DNA of 64,000 bases from Octopus vulgaris (GCA_951406725.2 OX597836.1:40424001-40488000); one strand, 5' to 3'; shown: positions 26,943-39,616, counted from the stretch's first letter. Numbers and translations: made by a program. The notes: a model not told the origin generated them from the letters alone.

Positions 26943-27701
26943 TCTGTATCGAAATACGAAGTTGTTTTTCTCAATCCTTTCTCATGAATATTTTTGACGT
27001 TATGTTAGCGTGGTTAAATAGTGTATAAATTGTAGGAATCGAAACCGTGTGCAGCTTATAATTCCCATATCATCATTTTTACATCCAGATTTATCATCAT
27101 TTTTACATCCCATATCATCATTTTTACATCCAGATTTATTTTAGAGACGTTTTATCGTCAACTAGAATTGATACAAGTTAAGAGAAATTGGTTTTCCTGC
27201 TAGACTCTGATAACAATGTCTGGTCGATTAGCTTTAATCTAACTGTCCGTAGAAATTTGCCTAAATCGCCAAAGTTTGGTCGTAACTGTGTCATTCTCGG
27301 AGACCATCTGTAAACACATACATGGAGACAGCTCACACACAAACACACACACGTACACATATATTTACTGATACATATAGACGTACACACAAATACATAC
27401 ACACAAATACATACACACACAAATATTGAAATAGTGCTCATGCACTAAAACTATTAAATCTTTTGTTTTCTATTATTCCATATGTGTGTATATGTGCATG
27501 TGTGTGGGGCGGTGTATGCGTGTATTTGTGTATGAACCTATGTATGTGTGTATATAAATAGACTGATACACAGACAGATAGATAGATGGATAGACAGACA
27601 AACAGACGGACAGAAAGATAGATAGAGAGAGACAGACAGACAGACAGACAGAAAATAAATAGATAGATAAATAGATAGACAAATAGATAGACAGATAGAT
27701 T

Positions 27702-27741
<40 letters not shown>

Positions 27742-27818
27742 CATACATACATAGAGAAAGAGAGAGAGACAGACAGACAGACATAAAAATATATACATAG
27801 ATAAGTAGATAGACAGAC

Positions 27819-27849
<31 letters not shown>

Positions 27850-27938
27850 TAGATAGATAGATAGAGAGAGCGAGAGAGAGTGAGAGAGAGAGACACACAG
27901 ACAGACAGACAGACATAAAAATAGATACATAGATAAAT

Positions 27939-28019
<81 letters not shown>

Positions 28020-28181
28020 TACAGCTGGTTTATCGACATATGATCTGGTCGATAAACAAGCTGGAATAAATGCTTTCCTGGGGTTAAAATGTAGTTGGAT
28101 AGTCCTCGACAGGACTGCCACGGTATGTTGGAAAATAAACTTTCCTATTGTATTTAAAGAGCTGTGTACATAAAGATATAT

Positions 28182-28388
28182 TCTTTTATTTGTTTCAGTC
28201 ATTTGACTGCTGTCATGCGGGAGTACCGCCTTTAGTCGAAGAAATCTCCCCCCCCCCCCCCCCACCAGGACTTATTCCTTGTAAGCCTTATTCTATCGGT
28301 CTCTTTTGCCGAACTGCTAGGTTACAGGGACGTAAACACACCAGCATCGGTTGTCAAGCGATGGTGGGGGAACAAACACAGACACACA

Positions 28389-28390
<2 letters not shown>
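28182..28390 (-). mobile_element. SINE S3 3' half
   Basis: Reverse complement of the S3 tail. Confidence 0.85.
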
Positions 28391-28424
<34 letters not shown>

Positions 28425-28430
28425 CATACA

Positions 28431-28462
<32 letters not shown>

Positions 28463-28468
28463 CATACA

Positions 28469-28627
<159 letters not shown>

Positions 28628-28955
28628 TCCTACTCAGGGACTAGTGGATCCGACACTAGTCGGTAATCGGTGCGCACTCAAAGTACTGATCAGTAATTTT
28701 ACGAAACCACTAAGTTATGTGGACGTAAACACACCAACACCGGTTGTCTTTGAATCTCTTTAACAATTCACAATAATGACTTTTATTACTTTTATTCCTA
28801 CCTCAGTTCATCTCATTGTATATATGTATCGTTACTTTCTCCATAAAAAGCCTTTACTTTTTTCAATTTCCAATGTGCATTTTCGCTTATTTCTCTTCTT
28901 ACTTTCCCCGTGCATTTCCACGTGTTGTTTCTATTTTCTTTTTATAACATTTTTC

Positions 28956-29022
<67 letters not shown>

Positions 29023-29025
<3 letters not shown>

Positions 29026-29356
29026 TGTTCTTAACAATCAAATCAACTCTCTATCCGTATATCTACCCTCTTTATAATGTTGACAAACGAAATGGAAATA
29101 GGTATATGTATTGTCCGTTTGATGGAAGACTTCTATAAATGGCTGATGATTGCTCAACATTTTAAAACTGGTGTAATACTTACAATGTTTAATAAAATGA
29201 AGTAGCATGAAACGATCGTACCAAATTACCGAAGATATACTTGTTGCTTATTTTGATTATAATCACCCCATGGATTTATATGGATAATACCATACCAAAT
29301 TCTGGTGCCTCTGACTTAAGTACCATATTCACTTGAATCTAAATTTTGCTGAACTG

Positions 29357-29360
<4 letters not shown>
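29023..29360 (+). mobile_element. (TA)n-embedded Penelope-like short element with hammerhead
   Basis: Homologous to 57617-58110 and to the tail fragment 39883-39979 (-). Confidence 0.8.
29140..29223 (+). ncRNA. Type I hammerhead ribozyme motif with long stem II
   Basis: TGG-CTGATGA-[TGCT..CATTTTA.AAAC..TGTAA-TAC-TTACA..GTTT..TAAAATG..AGCA]-GAAA-CGATCG-TA-CCA. Confidence 0.78.
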
Positions 29361-29392
<32 letters not shown>

Positions 29393-30040
29393 AAATATAA
29401 TTATTTGATTTTATTCACCTTACTTCGAGCTGTGTGAATAATACCGGACTGACTTGGTACCTCAACTTAAGTACCTAATTCAACAGTCTTATTTCATATG
29501 TGTGCCTGTGTGTGCGTGTGTACGTGTGTGTGTTTATGTCTCTATGTGCGTTTTTATATCTGTGTTTGTCCCCTACCACTGCTTGACAACCGGTGTTGGT
29601 GTGTTTACGTCCCCGTAACTTAGTGGTTGGGCAAAAACGACCGATAAAATAAGTACGAGGCTTAAAACCCAACATAAGTCCAAGGGTCGATTTGTTCGAC
29701 TAAAAAAAAAACATTTAACGCGGTGCTCCAACATGGCAGCTGTCAACTGACTGAAACAAGTAAAAAAAAATAGAAAAAAAAGAACAAAGAATTTTTTTTG
29801 CACATAAGGGTTTTGAACGTTCAAATCCTTATACAGATTTCCAAGGGTCATACGATCCTCGGTTTTGAAACACTTGTTTAGAGGTTAACCATAACATTTG
29901 CTCAGATTGTGTCTAGATTTAAACGGTACGTATCCTCGTTTGTTGTTGCTGTAGTTGTTGCTGTTGTTGTTGTGCTGTTGTTGTTGTTGTTGTTGCTGTT
30001 GTTGGAACATGGACAATAACAAGAAAATGTTATCAACAAC

Positions 30041-30450
30041 AGCGCAGGAGTGGGTGTGTGGTAAGTAGCTTGCTAACTAACCACATGGTTCCGGGTTCAG
30101 TCCCACTACGTGGCATCTTGGGCAAGTGTCTTCTGCTATAGCCCCGGGCTGACCAATGCCCTGTGAGTGGATTTGGTAGACGGAAACTGAAAGAAGCCTG
30201 TCGTATATATGTATGTATATGTATATGTGTGTTTGTGTGTCTGTGTTTGTCCCCCTAGCATTGCTTGACAACCGATGCTGGTGTGTTTATGTCCTCGTTA
30301 CTTAGCGGTTCGGCAAAAGAGACCGATAGAATAAGTACTGGGCTTACAAAGAATAAGTCCCGGGGTCGATTTGCTCGACTAAAGGCGGTGCTCCAGCATG
30401 GCCGCAGTCAAATGACTGAAACAAGTAAAAGAGTAAAGGAGTAAAAGAGT
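30041..30450 (+). mobile_element. SINE S3, full length (tRNA head, CORE-like segment, internal TA/TG microsatellite)
   Basis: GCGCAGGAGTGG.TGTGTGG (A box), GGGTTCAGTCCC (B box), CTTGGGCAAGT, tail ACTGAAACAAGTAAAAGAG repeats. Confidence 0.9.
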
Positions 30451-30864
30451 AACAGCAGTTTCCACGACACCAACAAAATGGCGAATTACGAACGTTGGAA
30501 ATGTACGCTTTCAAAATGTCGTTACTGTTGATTTTTTTATTAACCATAAAGGTCTTACATAGAGGGGACACTACAACACATTAGGGACACAAAACATCAA
30601 AAAAAGAAACTGTCGTATGATATGATGAGAAAAAGGGTGAAAAATAAGAGATGAAAGTGATGTTAACTGCCCCATCAGTCAACATCACTTACTTGTCCTA
30701 TTTTGCCATGAATTCCACAAAGTCCACAAATTCAACCTCGTGCATTTCCTCTAGTTCCTCCCTCCTTTCTTGTGTCAATCTTCCCTTTAAGAACATATAT
30801 TCATCCTCAACTTCCTTATGCCACCCATCTGGCATTTCTATCTTTCCCCTCTGTTGCCAACGAA

Positions 30865-30897
30865 ACTAATCTCTCTTTCTTCTCTTTGCAGGTAAGT
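30865..30897 (+). promoter_or_regulatory. Candidate recursive splice site (3' splice site immediately regenerating a 5' splice site)
   Basis: ACTAAT branch-point-like motif, CTCTCTTTCTTCTCTTT tract, GCAG|GTAAGT. No AG dinucleotide for about 98 nt upstream. Confidence 0.6.
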
Positions 30898-31333
30898 TGA
30901 AACGTGCGATTTCAATACGTATTCCCTATTACGCATGCGCATTTCTACACGTGACTGTTGTCAGAGAAAAAGGTGCTTAATCGATCAACTTTAAGTGAAC
31001 AAGTAGAACAGGTAACTCATTGATCTATCTAAACCGCCACAACCCTTACAGCTACCCCCCTTGACGTCTATAAACTATCAGAAATCAAATTGATTATTAC
31101 TCTAACAGGATTACATATTAATTCATTTCTAAGGCAGGTTTTTTTTCTTTTGTTTTTTTTCATTTTCAAGGAACGTAAATATAATTGTATAACAATTGTC
31201 AGGTCTTCTTAATTATATTTTATCTTCCTACCTGTTGTAATGTGCAGATTAGTTGTGTACACATTAAAATAGTTTTGTTTTTTTTATAATTATTTGAATT
31301 CTTGTTTCGAAGAAACAACGGGTTTCCAACGAT

Positions 31334-31395
<62 letters not shown>

Positions 31396-31405
31396 AAGGT
31401 ACCTT

Positions 31406-31461
<56 letters not shown>

Positions 31462-31561
31462 TAAAAACGGTAAGATAACAAAAGAAAGAAAGATACCTCA
31501 ATATTATGTAAATAGAGGAAATTTATCTATAAAATAATATGTTACAATTACTCAATAGTCA

Positions 31562-31624
31562 AGATAAAACTCTGAGTTTCAGATGCCGAAGTGGAAATCC
31601 ACAACACCATCTCTTCGGTTATCT
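31562..31624 (-). ncRNA. Type I hammerhead motif (CCGAAGA core variant) in a (TA)n-flanked segment (~31458-31860)
   Basis: AGATAA-CCGAAGA-GATG..GTGGA-TT-TCCAC..CATC-T-GAAA-CTCAGAG-TT-TTATCT. Confidence 0.68.
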
Positions 31625-31962
31625 GGCCATCTGAAAAACGCTATGAAAAAATACCGTTATATAAAGGGAAATTACTGTGTTATAATTCTGCTACTTATAT
31701 AAATTAAGATTAAAAGTTCATAGTAAACACGTAAACATGGCTACTCATAGGCTCACATGTGCGCTCGCGGACTCACGTGCGTACTTATACGTCACTATGA
31801 AAGCATACACATCTTCACTCGCATTTTTCGCCAAATGTATACGCATATATATACAAACTCATACACACGTATATATATATATATATATATATATATTTAA
31901 AGGTACCTATAAATATTAAAGGCCATTGATGGAATTTTTTTCGAAAAATGTTATCCTATATT

Positions 31963-31999
<37 letters not shown>

Positions 32000-32004
<5 letters not shown>

Positions 32005-32168
32005 AATATTAGGGAATAAATCCAAACTTACAGGGAAAAATCAGATTTAGGATTGAATCCAATTTTATAGTAAAATATTATATTATATTAAATTAGAGAC
32101 AAACCACTTTGGCTTAAGTCTTTCATTGTTTGATTTGCCTAATAGTGGTTTTGTCTCTAATCTAATAT
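32000..32168 (-). mobile_element. Short copy of the 4674 family
   Basis: Same outer ends as 4674-5152, with the strand switch near 32108. Confidence 0.8.
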
Positions 32169-32194
32169 AATATATATATATATATATATATATA

Positions 32195-32960
32195 CATTAT
32201 ATAATTAGGGCTTAGTAAAATAAATTACTTTGCCACATACTGAACTTAGTAGAAATAGCAGCCAAAAAAAATTTTTCTTAACATTTCTACTACTTAAAGA
32301 AAATTTCTCTCAGATAATGTTTACTCCAGACAGCTCACGAAGGTTTGGGGGTAAATACAGAAAAATATCACAAGTACATAGATCGTTTGAGTACGTCAAC
32401 GTTTCAAGATTAGCCAAATAAAATCAGCATTTCTTTCGTCAGCTCAAAATTTCTTAATTTGGATTTGGAAACACTAAAAAGAAGGAACTTTACCTATCAG
32501 CGAACTTGTCGCTTCAGATGAACCACTCCAACTAAACAGTGTCAACAAATTCAAAATGCGCAGGCGTAAAATTCTGCACTCCCCATTCCACCCACGTGGT
32601 CTATCTAGCAAACATTATATTTTAACCGCGAGAACCGAGGCAGTATGACCGAGAGAAATGCATTATAATATCAACAATTGAGGGTAAAATTAATTAATTA
32701 ATCAATTTCACCAAGTGTTCAGTATGTAAAAGGACCATTTAAGGCGAATTCAAAATATTACATTATATAATTAGGGCTTAGTAAAATAAATTACTTTGCC
32801 ACATACTGAACTTAGTAGAAATAGCAGCCAAAAAAAATTTTTTCTTAGCATTTCTACTACTTAAAGCAAATTTCTCTCAGATAATGTTTACTCCAGACAG
32901 CTCACGAAGGTTTGGGGGTAAATACAGAAAAATATCACAAGTACATAGATCGTTTGAGTA
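32195..32960 (-). mobile_element. Partial-tandem hammerhead element (retrozyme-like or Penelope pLTR-like), ~566-bp unit, about 1.35 copies
   Basis: Direct repeat 32195-32393 and 32761-32960. (TA)n on both sides. Confidence 0.82.
32386..32448 (-). ncRNA. Type I hammerhead ribozyme motif
   Basis: TTTGAG-CTGACGA-AAGA..GCTGA..TTGGC..TCTT-GAAA-CGT-TG-ACG-TA-CTCAAA. All three stems pair and the core is intact. Confidence 0.85.
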
Positions 32961-33343
32961 TATATATATATATATATATATACATTCATATATATAGATA
33001 TATAGATAAATAATAAAACAAGACTCCATTACTGGAATTTCGAAGAGAACGGTACTGTAGAATTGCATGTTGAATTTTGAAAAAACTTGTAGATTTTTAC
33101 TGTTCCATTTTAGATCCAGGTTTTTATGGCGAGTGTCAGCTGCTCACTTACATTTATCTGAAATGTGTATAAATCTCAGGCGCAGACGTAGCTTTGTGGT
33201 AAGAAGCTTGCTTCCCAACCACATGGTTCTGGGTTCAGTCCCACTGCGTGGCACCTTGGGTAAAGTGTCTTCTACCTAACCACGCGTCTTCATAGCAAGA
33301 AGCTACTATTAGCTCTTAGCTTTATTCAGTGCATGTGTGTGTA

Positions 33344-33399
<56 letters not shown>

Positions 33400-34098
33400 T
33401 GTGTCTGTGTGTGTGTGTATGTGTTTGCTGAATCGTCAAGTTACGAAGACATAAACAAAACAGCACCGGTTGTCACACACATACATACACACACACACTC
33501 GCACGCGCGCGCACATAGACACAAACACACACACACATGCACACACGGGTTTCTTTCAGTTTCTACATACCAAATCCACCCCCGACTTTGCTCGGCCTGG
33601 CGCTAAAATAGAAAGCTATCGCCGAAAGTGTCCCACAGTTGGATTTGAACTAGGGAACCACGCGGCTGGGAAGCAGACATCTTACGGCACAGACACACCT
33701 GCGCCTCTAATTTGTCTTAATTAGAAGGGGAGTTGGAGTATGGAGTAACGAAGTTATAAGTCGTTCGATTGGAAACCACAGCAGGTTTCCGCTCTCCACT
33801 GGAAACGATTCACATATGTCAATTATACAAGAAAGAAAATCCTGCGTAGACTCGAAACTTCTCAGACTCTGTCATGCATTATACAAGTTCAATGCCGTCT
33901 TATAGGATTAGTGTGCGTCGGAGCGTGGGTTCAATGCGGCTTTAAGCTAATGCCTTTGATATCTAACAGTTTAGCCTCTTCTACATGAATAAGCGGCTTG
34001 GTAAATAACAAATACATCTATATTGCGTTGACTGAGTAAATAGATATATTTGCTTGTTCATATCCACACACTGTGTACCTCTATGTATGTATATATAT

Positions 34099-34390
34099 AT
34101 GCACAAAATTTAGAGGACTGACCACTAATAGTGGACAGCCTGTATGCTAGAAATAGACGTCAAAATCGCCATTTTTCACGAAGAATGTGTTCTCAAGAAA
34201 AAATTCAGCAAAAAAAAGTGAAATTTTTTCTTGAGAAAACAGTCTTCGTGGAAAATGGCGATTTTCTAGCAATACAGGCTGTCCACTATTAGTGGTCAGT
34301 CCTCTTAATTTTGTATGCATAAAATTTTTAATCTAGGCCACTGGTTTTATTTGATTAATATCAATTTCTACCCTTATTTAATTTTATACA
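34099..34390 (+). mobile_element. TA-embedded inverted-arm-plus-tail element
   Basis: Imperfect arms ~34099-34206 and ~34221-34321. Tail 34322-34390. Confidence 0.68.
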
Positions 34391-34526
34391 TATATATCTA
34401 TATATACACGCACACACATACGTGTGTATGTATGTATTTGTGTGTGTGTATGTATTTGTGTGTGTGTATGTATGTATTTGTGTGTGTGTATGTGTGCATT
34501 TGCTTATATACATGCATATATATATA

Positions 34527-36132
34527 CAGTTGCGGCCAAAATGTTCAGAACGGCATTGTTTTCGTCAGAAAAGTAGGTATAAGTTCTTTTAAAAGTTGTT
34601 TTATATTTTCACAGACAATAAATACGATATTAATTGGTATTGTCTGAGATTTTGGTGTAATTTGAGTGGATAATACGAAAGTTATGGATGATATAGTGAT
34701 TTACTGCAAAACCCATGGTGGCCAAAATGATCAGAACGGTTGAAAAAATAACAAAATAATCAAAAAGTGACAGAGAATGCTGGAATTATTTCATATTTAG
34801 TGTGAAGCCCTTTAGCTTCAATCAAAGTTTGACATTTTTGACTGCATGGGGAAATTAAATTTTCAATTTCTTGCTGGGTGATCTTATTCCATTCTTCCTG
34901 AAGGGCATTCCATAATTGCTCGGTTGTTTTAGGATTTCTGGCTTTCAAACGTTCTCCTAGAATATTCCACACATTTTCAATAGGATTGAGGTCTGGGCTT
35001 TGAGCAGGCCAATCCATAACAATAACCTTTTCAGCCTTGAGGAAGTTCATGACCACCTTAGCTTTGTGACATGGGGCATTGTCCTGCATGAATATGGGTG
35101 GTCGCTTAGTTGAATTTCTCAGCACAGGCAAGACATGATCTTTTACAAGTTGATTATAAACTCCTGCATTTACCTTTCCATGTAATCACAGCAAAGGGCC
35201 CACAACATCTCCAGATATAACCCCCCAAACCATGGCACTTCCTCCACCGAATTTAACACTAGTCTTAAGGCATTTAGGTGACAATTTTTCACCTGCTTTT
35301 CGACGAACGTATCTTTTTCCCATCTGAGCCAAATAACATAGACTTAGATTCATCACTGAAATGCACCGTTTGCCACAACACATGTACTTGAGACCACAAC
35401 ACATGTACGGTTGCAAAGGTAAGACGACACTTTTTATTCTTGGAGCAGATCAGTGGCTTCACTGCAGGTGTTCTTGCTTGTAGGTCATGTTCAACTAAAG
35501 GACGAGGCACAGTTTTTCGAGATAAAGTTTTCTTCAGTACAATGCTCATTTCCCGAAAAACAGCAGCAGCAGTTTTAAATCTGTCCTTTTTAACCAACTT
35601 TACCATAGCACGATCTTCTCTCTTGGTCGTTTTTCTTGGCCTACCTGTAGAGTTTCTTGCTTCACACGAACCACAATCATCGTAGACCTTAAGAATACCG
35701 TGAACAACACTTTTTGACTTGTTAACAATCTTTGCAATAGACCTAATACTTAAATTATCCTTGACGAATTGGTAACGGAGTAAGTGGCATTATATTAACA
35801 AAGCACACTGTAGATATTCTTACTTATGTTTAGTAAACGAACTGTCACGTAAACAAATTCAAAACATTAGAGTTCGACGGTTAAATATACTAAAACATGA
35901 AGTAAAAGCAACCGTTCTGATCATTTTGGCCGCCATGGGTTTTGCAGTAAATCACTAAATCATCCATAACTTTTTCATTGTCCTCTCAAATTACACCAAA
36001 ATCTCAGACAATAACAAATTATATTGTATTTATTGTCTGCGAAAATTAAAGAATATAAAACAACTTTGATAAAAAATTATAGCTACTTTTCTGACGAAAA
36101 CAATGCCGTTCTGAACATTTTGGCCGCAACTG
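34527..36132 (-). mobile_element. Tc1-family DNA transposon with IR/DR-type long TIRs
   Basis: Termini CAGTTGCGGCCAAAATGTTCAGAACGG with TA on both sides. TIRs ~215 bp (34527-34742, 35909-36132) with an inner repeat GGCCAAAATGATCAGAACGG. Confidence 0.96.
34790..35770 (-). pseudogene. Frameshifted Tc1 DD34E transposase
   Basis: Split over three ORFs: FSDESK, VKFGGGSAMVWG, FMQDNAPCH-(34 aa spacing)-WPAQSPDLNPIENVW. Confidence 0.94.
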
Positions 36133-36154
36133 TATATGCGTGTGTGTATATATG

Positions 36155-36198
<44 letters not shown>

Positions 36199-36408
36199 AA
36201 CTGGAGAGAAAGAGAGCTAGAGAGAGAGGGGAGAAGGAGAGAGAGGGGGAAGAAGAGAGAGACAGAAAGAGAGACAGCCAGAAACAATGAATCGGGTAGA
36301 AATTATACAATTATACAATGGCGTGTACGAACCTTAAACCCCTGGGACTAAAGACTGGGAATTTATTTGCGCACATATTTGTAGATGTTCACACTATTAT
36401 ACGTACAT

Positions 36409-36739
36409 CAGGGATCGCCACCACCACCTGCCGGAACCTAGTGGAGCTTTAGGTGTTTTCGCTCAATAAACATTCACAACACCCGGTCTGGGAATCGAAA
36501 CCACGATCCTACAACCGCGAGTCCGCTGCCCTAGCCACTGGGCGAAAACACCTAAAAGCTCCACGAGGCTCCACCAGGGGTGGGTGGCGATCCCTGTTGT
36601 ACTCTTTCGCCACAACTTTCTCTCACTCTTTCTTCTGTTGGCCTGCTCACTTAGCCAGCGGGGTGGCGTCATTGTGACATTGTGACCAGGGATGTGTAGC
36701 AACATCTGATAGTCTGGTCGGTCACGGTGATCACGGTGA
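36409..36739. mobile_element. Rearranged SINE S1: inverted head (36409-36542) joined to forward body with tail b
   Basis: Strand switch at CACTGG|GCGAAAACACC. Confidence 0.85.
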
Positions 36740-36749
36740 TATATATGTG

Positions 36750-36822
<73 letters not shown>

Positions 36823-36851
36823 GTATGTATGTATGTATGTACGTATGTACA

Positions 36852-37058
<207 letters not shown>

Positions 37059-37074
37059 TATAATCAAGGTGGCC

Positions 37075-37450
37075 TTGTGCTACTGAAACCCCGAGTGTCC
37101 TTTTGGTCAGCTGAAAGCAGTTTTGGCACAAACTTGGCATACGCGTCTCATACCCAAATTGTCAGTGATAATGGACTTGACTGAACCGTAACTAATCTGC
37201 ACTTCCTCTGATAACTCACGGATGGTGATTCGACGATTTCCGTTCACATCAGCACGCACATCTGCAATGTCCTTTATTTTTTCAGTTCTGCTCGCGGGTC
37301 TCCCAGAACGTTTGTCAATATCGACATTTTCGGCCATCTTAGAAACGACTGAACATCTCGTACACTTATGTGCGGCTCATACGCTCCTCTCCATACCACT
37401 TTGTGCAACTTGCGTAGGCCTCTGAACAGGTATCGCCATGACAACTTCTT
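37075..37450 (-). pseudogene. Mariner transposase N-terminal fragment
   Basis: RSGRP..., RRITIRELSEEVQISYGSV..IITDNLGMRRV, then frameshifted AKFVPKLL (WVPHEL-linker equivalent). Confidence 0.85.
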
Positions 37451-37555
37451 CTGTCATGGTCAATGCTACGATCAAACGCTACACACCTTATATATATATA
37501 TATATATATAATCATTCATACATATGTATATACACGTACATCTATACATATATAA

Positions 37556-37964
37556 AGAGATGGCAGAAACGTTAGTACGCCGGGCGAAATGCTTAGCAGT
37601 ATTTCGTCTGCCGTTACGTTCTGAGTTCAAATTCCGCCGAGGTCGACTTTGCCTTTCATACTCTCGGGGTCGATTAAATAAGTACCAGTTACGCAATGGG
37701 GTCGATATAATCGACTTAATCCGTTTGTCTGTCCTTGTTCGTCCCCTCTGTGTTTAGCTCCTTGTGGGTAGTAAAGAAATAGGTATTTCGTCTGCCGCTA
37801 CGTTCTGAGTTCAAATTCCGCCGAGGTCGACTTCGCCTTTCATCCTTTCGGGGTCGATAAATAAAGTACCAGTTTCGCACTGGGGACGATGTAATCGATT
37901 TAATCCCTTTGTCTGTCCTTGTGTGTCCCCTCTATGTTTAGCCCCTTGTGGGTAGTAAAGAAAT
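37556..37964 (+). mobile_element. SINE S2 dimer
   Basis: Junction AAAGAAATA|GGTATTTCG at 37782. Confidence 0.92.
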
Positions 37965-38625
37965 ATATATAAAGATGTACATTACATGCCTACATACACT
38001 TATATACATACACATACATACATACATACATACACACATGTATAACAGCATACGCACACAAGCGCACACACAGCATGCATATATACACACAATACACACA
38101 GACACAGACAAATACATACATACATGCATACATACGTACATACATGCATACATAGCCTATGACTTATGGAAGCCAGCGAGGTTAATGATAACGAAGACCT
38201 GACGATGAACTTCCACTGTTATTTAGAGCAATATACCTCCCTACCTCTATCTCTCTCTCCTCTCATTCACTCTCACTCTCTCTCTCTCTCTCTCTCTCTC
38301 TCATTCCACATTTTCCTCTGTCTCTATATTCTCCAAGACATCTCCAAGATAATAATCATCTCTACTGACCCTAAATTACTGTAATAAACTTACTCATCAA
38401 ATACTCTCCACTAATCTCTTTACACCAAACGGACTGATTTACGACACTAATTAGCGACCAAACGTTCTCACTGACGGCACAAGTGAAATTATATACTTCA
38501 ATATCTTGTCTTTCGTTTCTCTCCATCTCTTTATCTCTCTCACACGTTCTCTCCTTCTCCTTCCCACTATCTAGCTCTCTTCCTATCTATCTATCTATCT
38601 AACTCTCACTCTCTTCATAAATATC

Positions 38626-38825
<200 letters not shown>

Positions 38826-38844
38826 TAGATAGATAGATAGATAG

Positions 38845-39530
38845 ATATAAGAAAAAGGGACAGGCAAACAGGTTGCTTGACCGCATACCGAAAAAATAGA
38901 AATAGCACACTCCCTTATGACAACCTAATTGTTCCCCATCTTATGGAACTATTTTTGTAATGCGCATGCCAAAATTTTGGAGGGAAGATTTACGAATTCA
39001 AACGTCTATGTAGTTTAGCTTTTGCTCACTTTCTTCAAATATTTTGATGTCGCATGGTCAGAAGGTTTGAGGTACGTAGCATTTGATAAATCTATGATAA
39101 ATCTTTTTCAATGGAAAGCTGTGCTGAAGAAGGATGTGAAATATACATGCAATGTATATGAAATATATATCAAAAATATATATGGAATATATATTCAATA
39201 TGTTTATAATCCAGAAACATGATGTTCACAGATAACCGCCAGACTTCGTATTCGTTATCTATTCCTTCTGTTTTGCATATGTGAATTACAGGGTTTGTCA
39301 TGCCCGGAGTCCAACTTTGATAGAAATAAGCATTCTTGACTGCTATTTCTATTTTTTCGGTATGCGATCAAGCAACCTGTTTGCCTGTCCCTTTTTCTTA
39401 TATACAATATACATACTGAACTTTACAGAAGTTCCTGCCGGTAATCGGCTATATTTACATACCGAATTCTACCAGTAAATAATTGGGGTTTTTTTTAAAG
39501 CCTTTATAGAAATTATTTACTCTTATTATT
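38845..39530 (+). mobile_element. (TA)n-embedded inverted-arm-plus-tail element
   Basis: Arms 38845-38907 and 39341-39403, tail 39404-39530. Degenerate hammerhead-like CTGAAGA..GAAA-TATATA-TC at 39124-39171. Confidence 0.68.
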
Positions 39531-39558
39531 ATATATATAGATAGATAGATATAGATAT

Positions 39559-39602
<44 letters not shown>

Positions 39603-39616
39603 CTACATATATATAT

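Noticed and set aside
28680-28715. Hammerhead-like CTGATCA-GTAA..TTAC-GAAA
   Set aside because: Core mismatch, no stem I, and the GAAACCAC part belongs to an S3 fragment.
30698-30864. Minus-strand protein-like frame (MPDGWHKEVEDEYMF...)
   Set aside because: Short, no recognisable domain, and explained as the complement of a pyrimidine-rich + strand.
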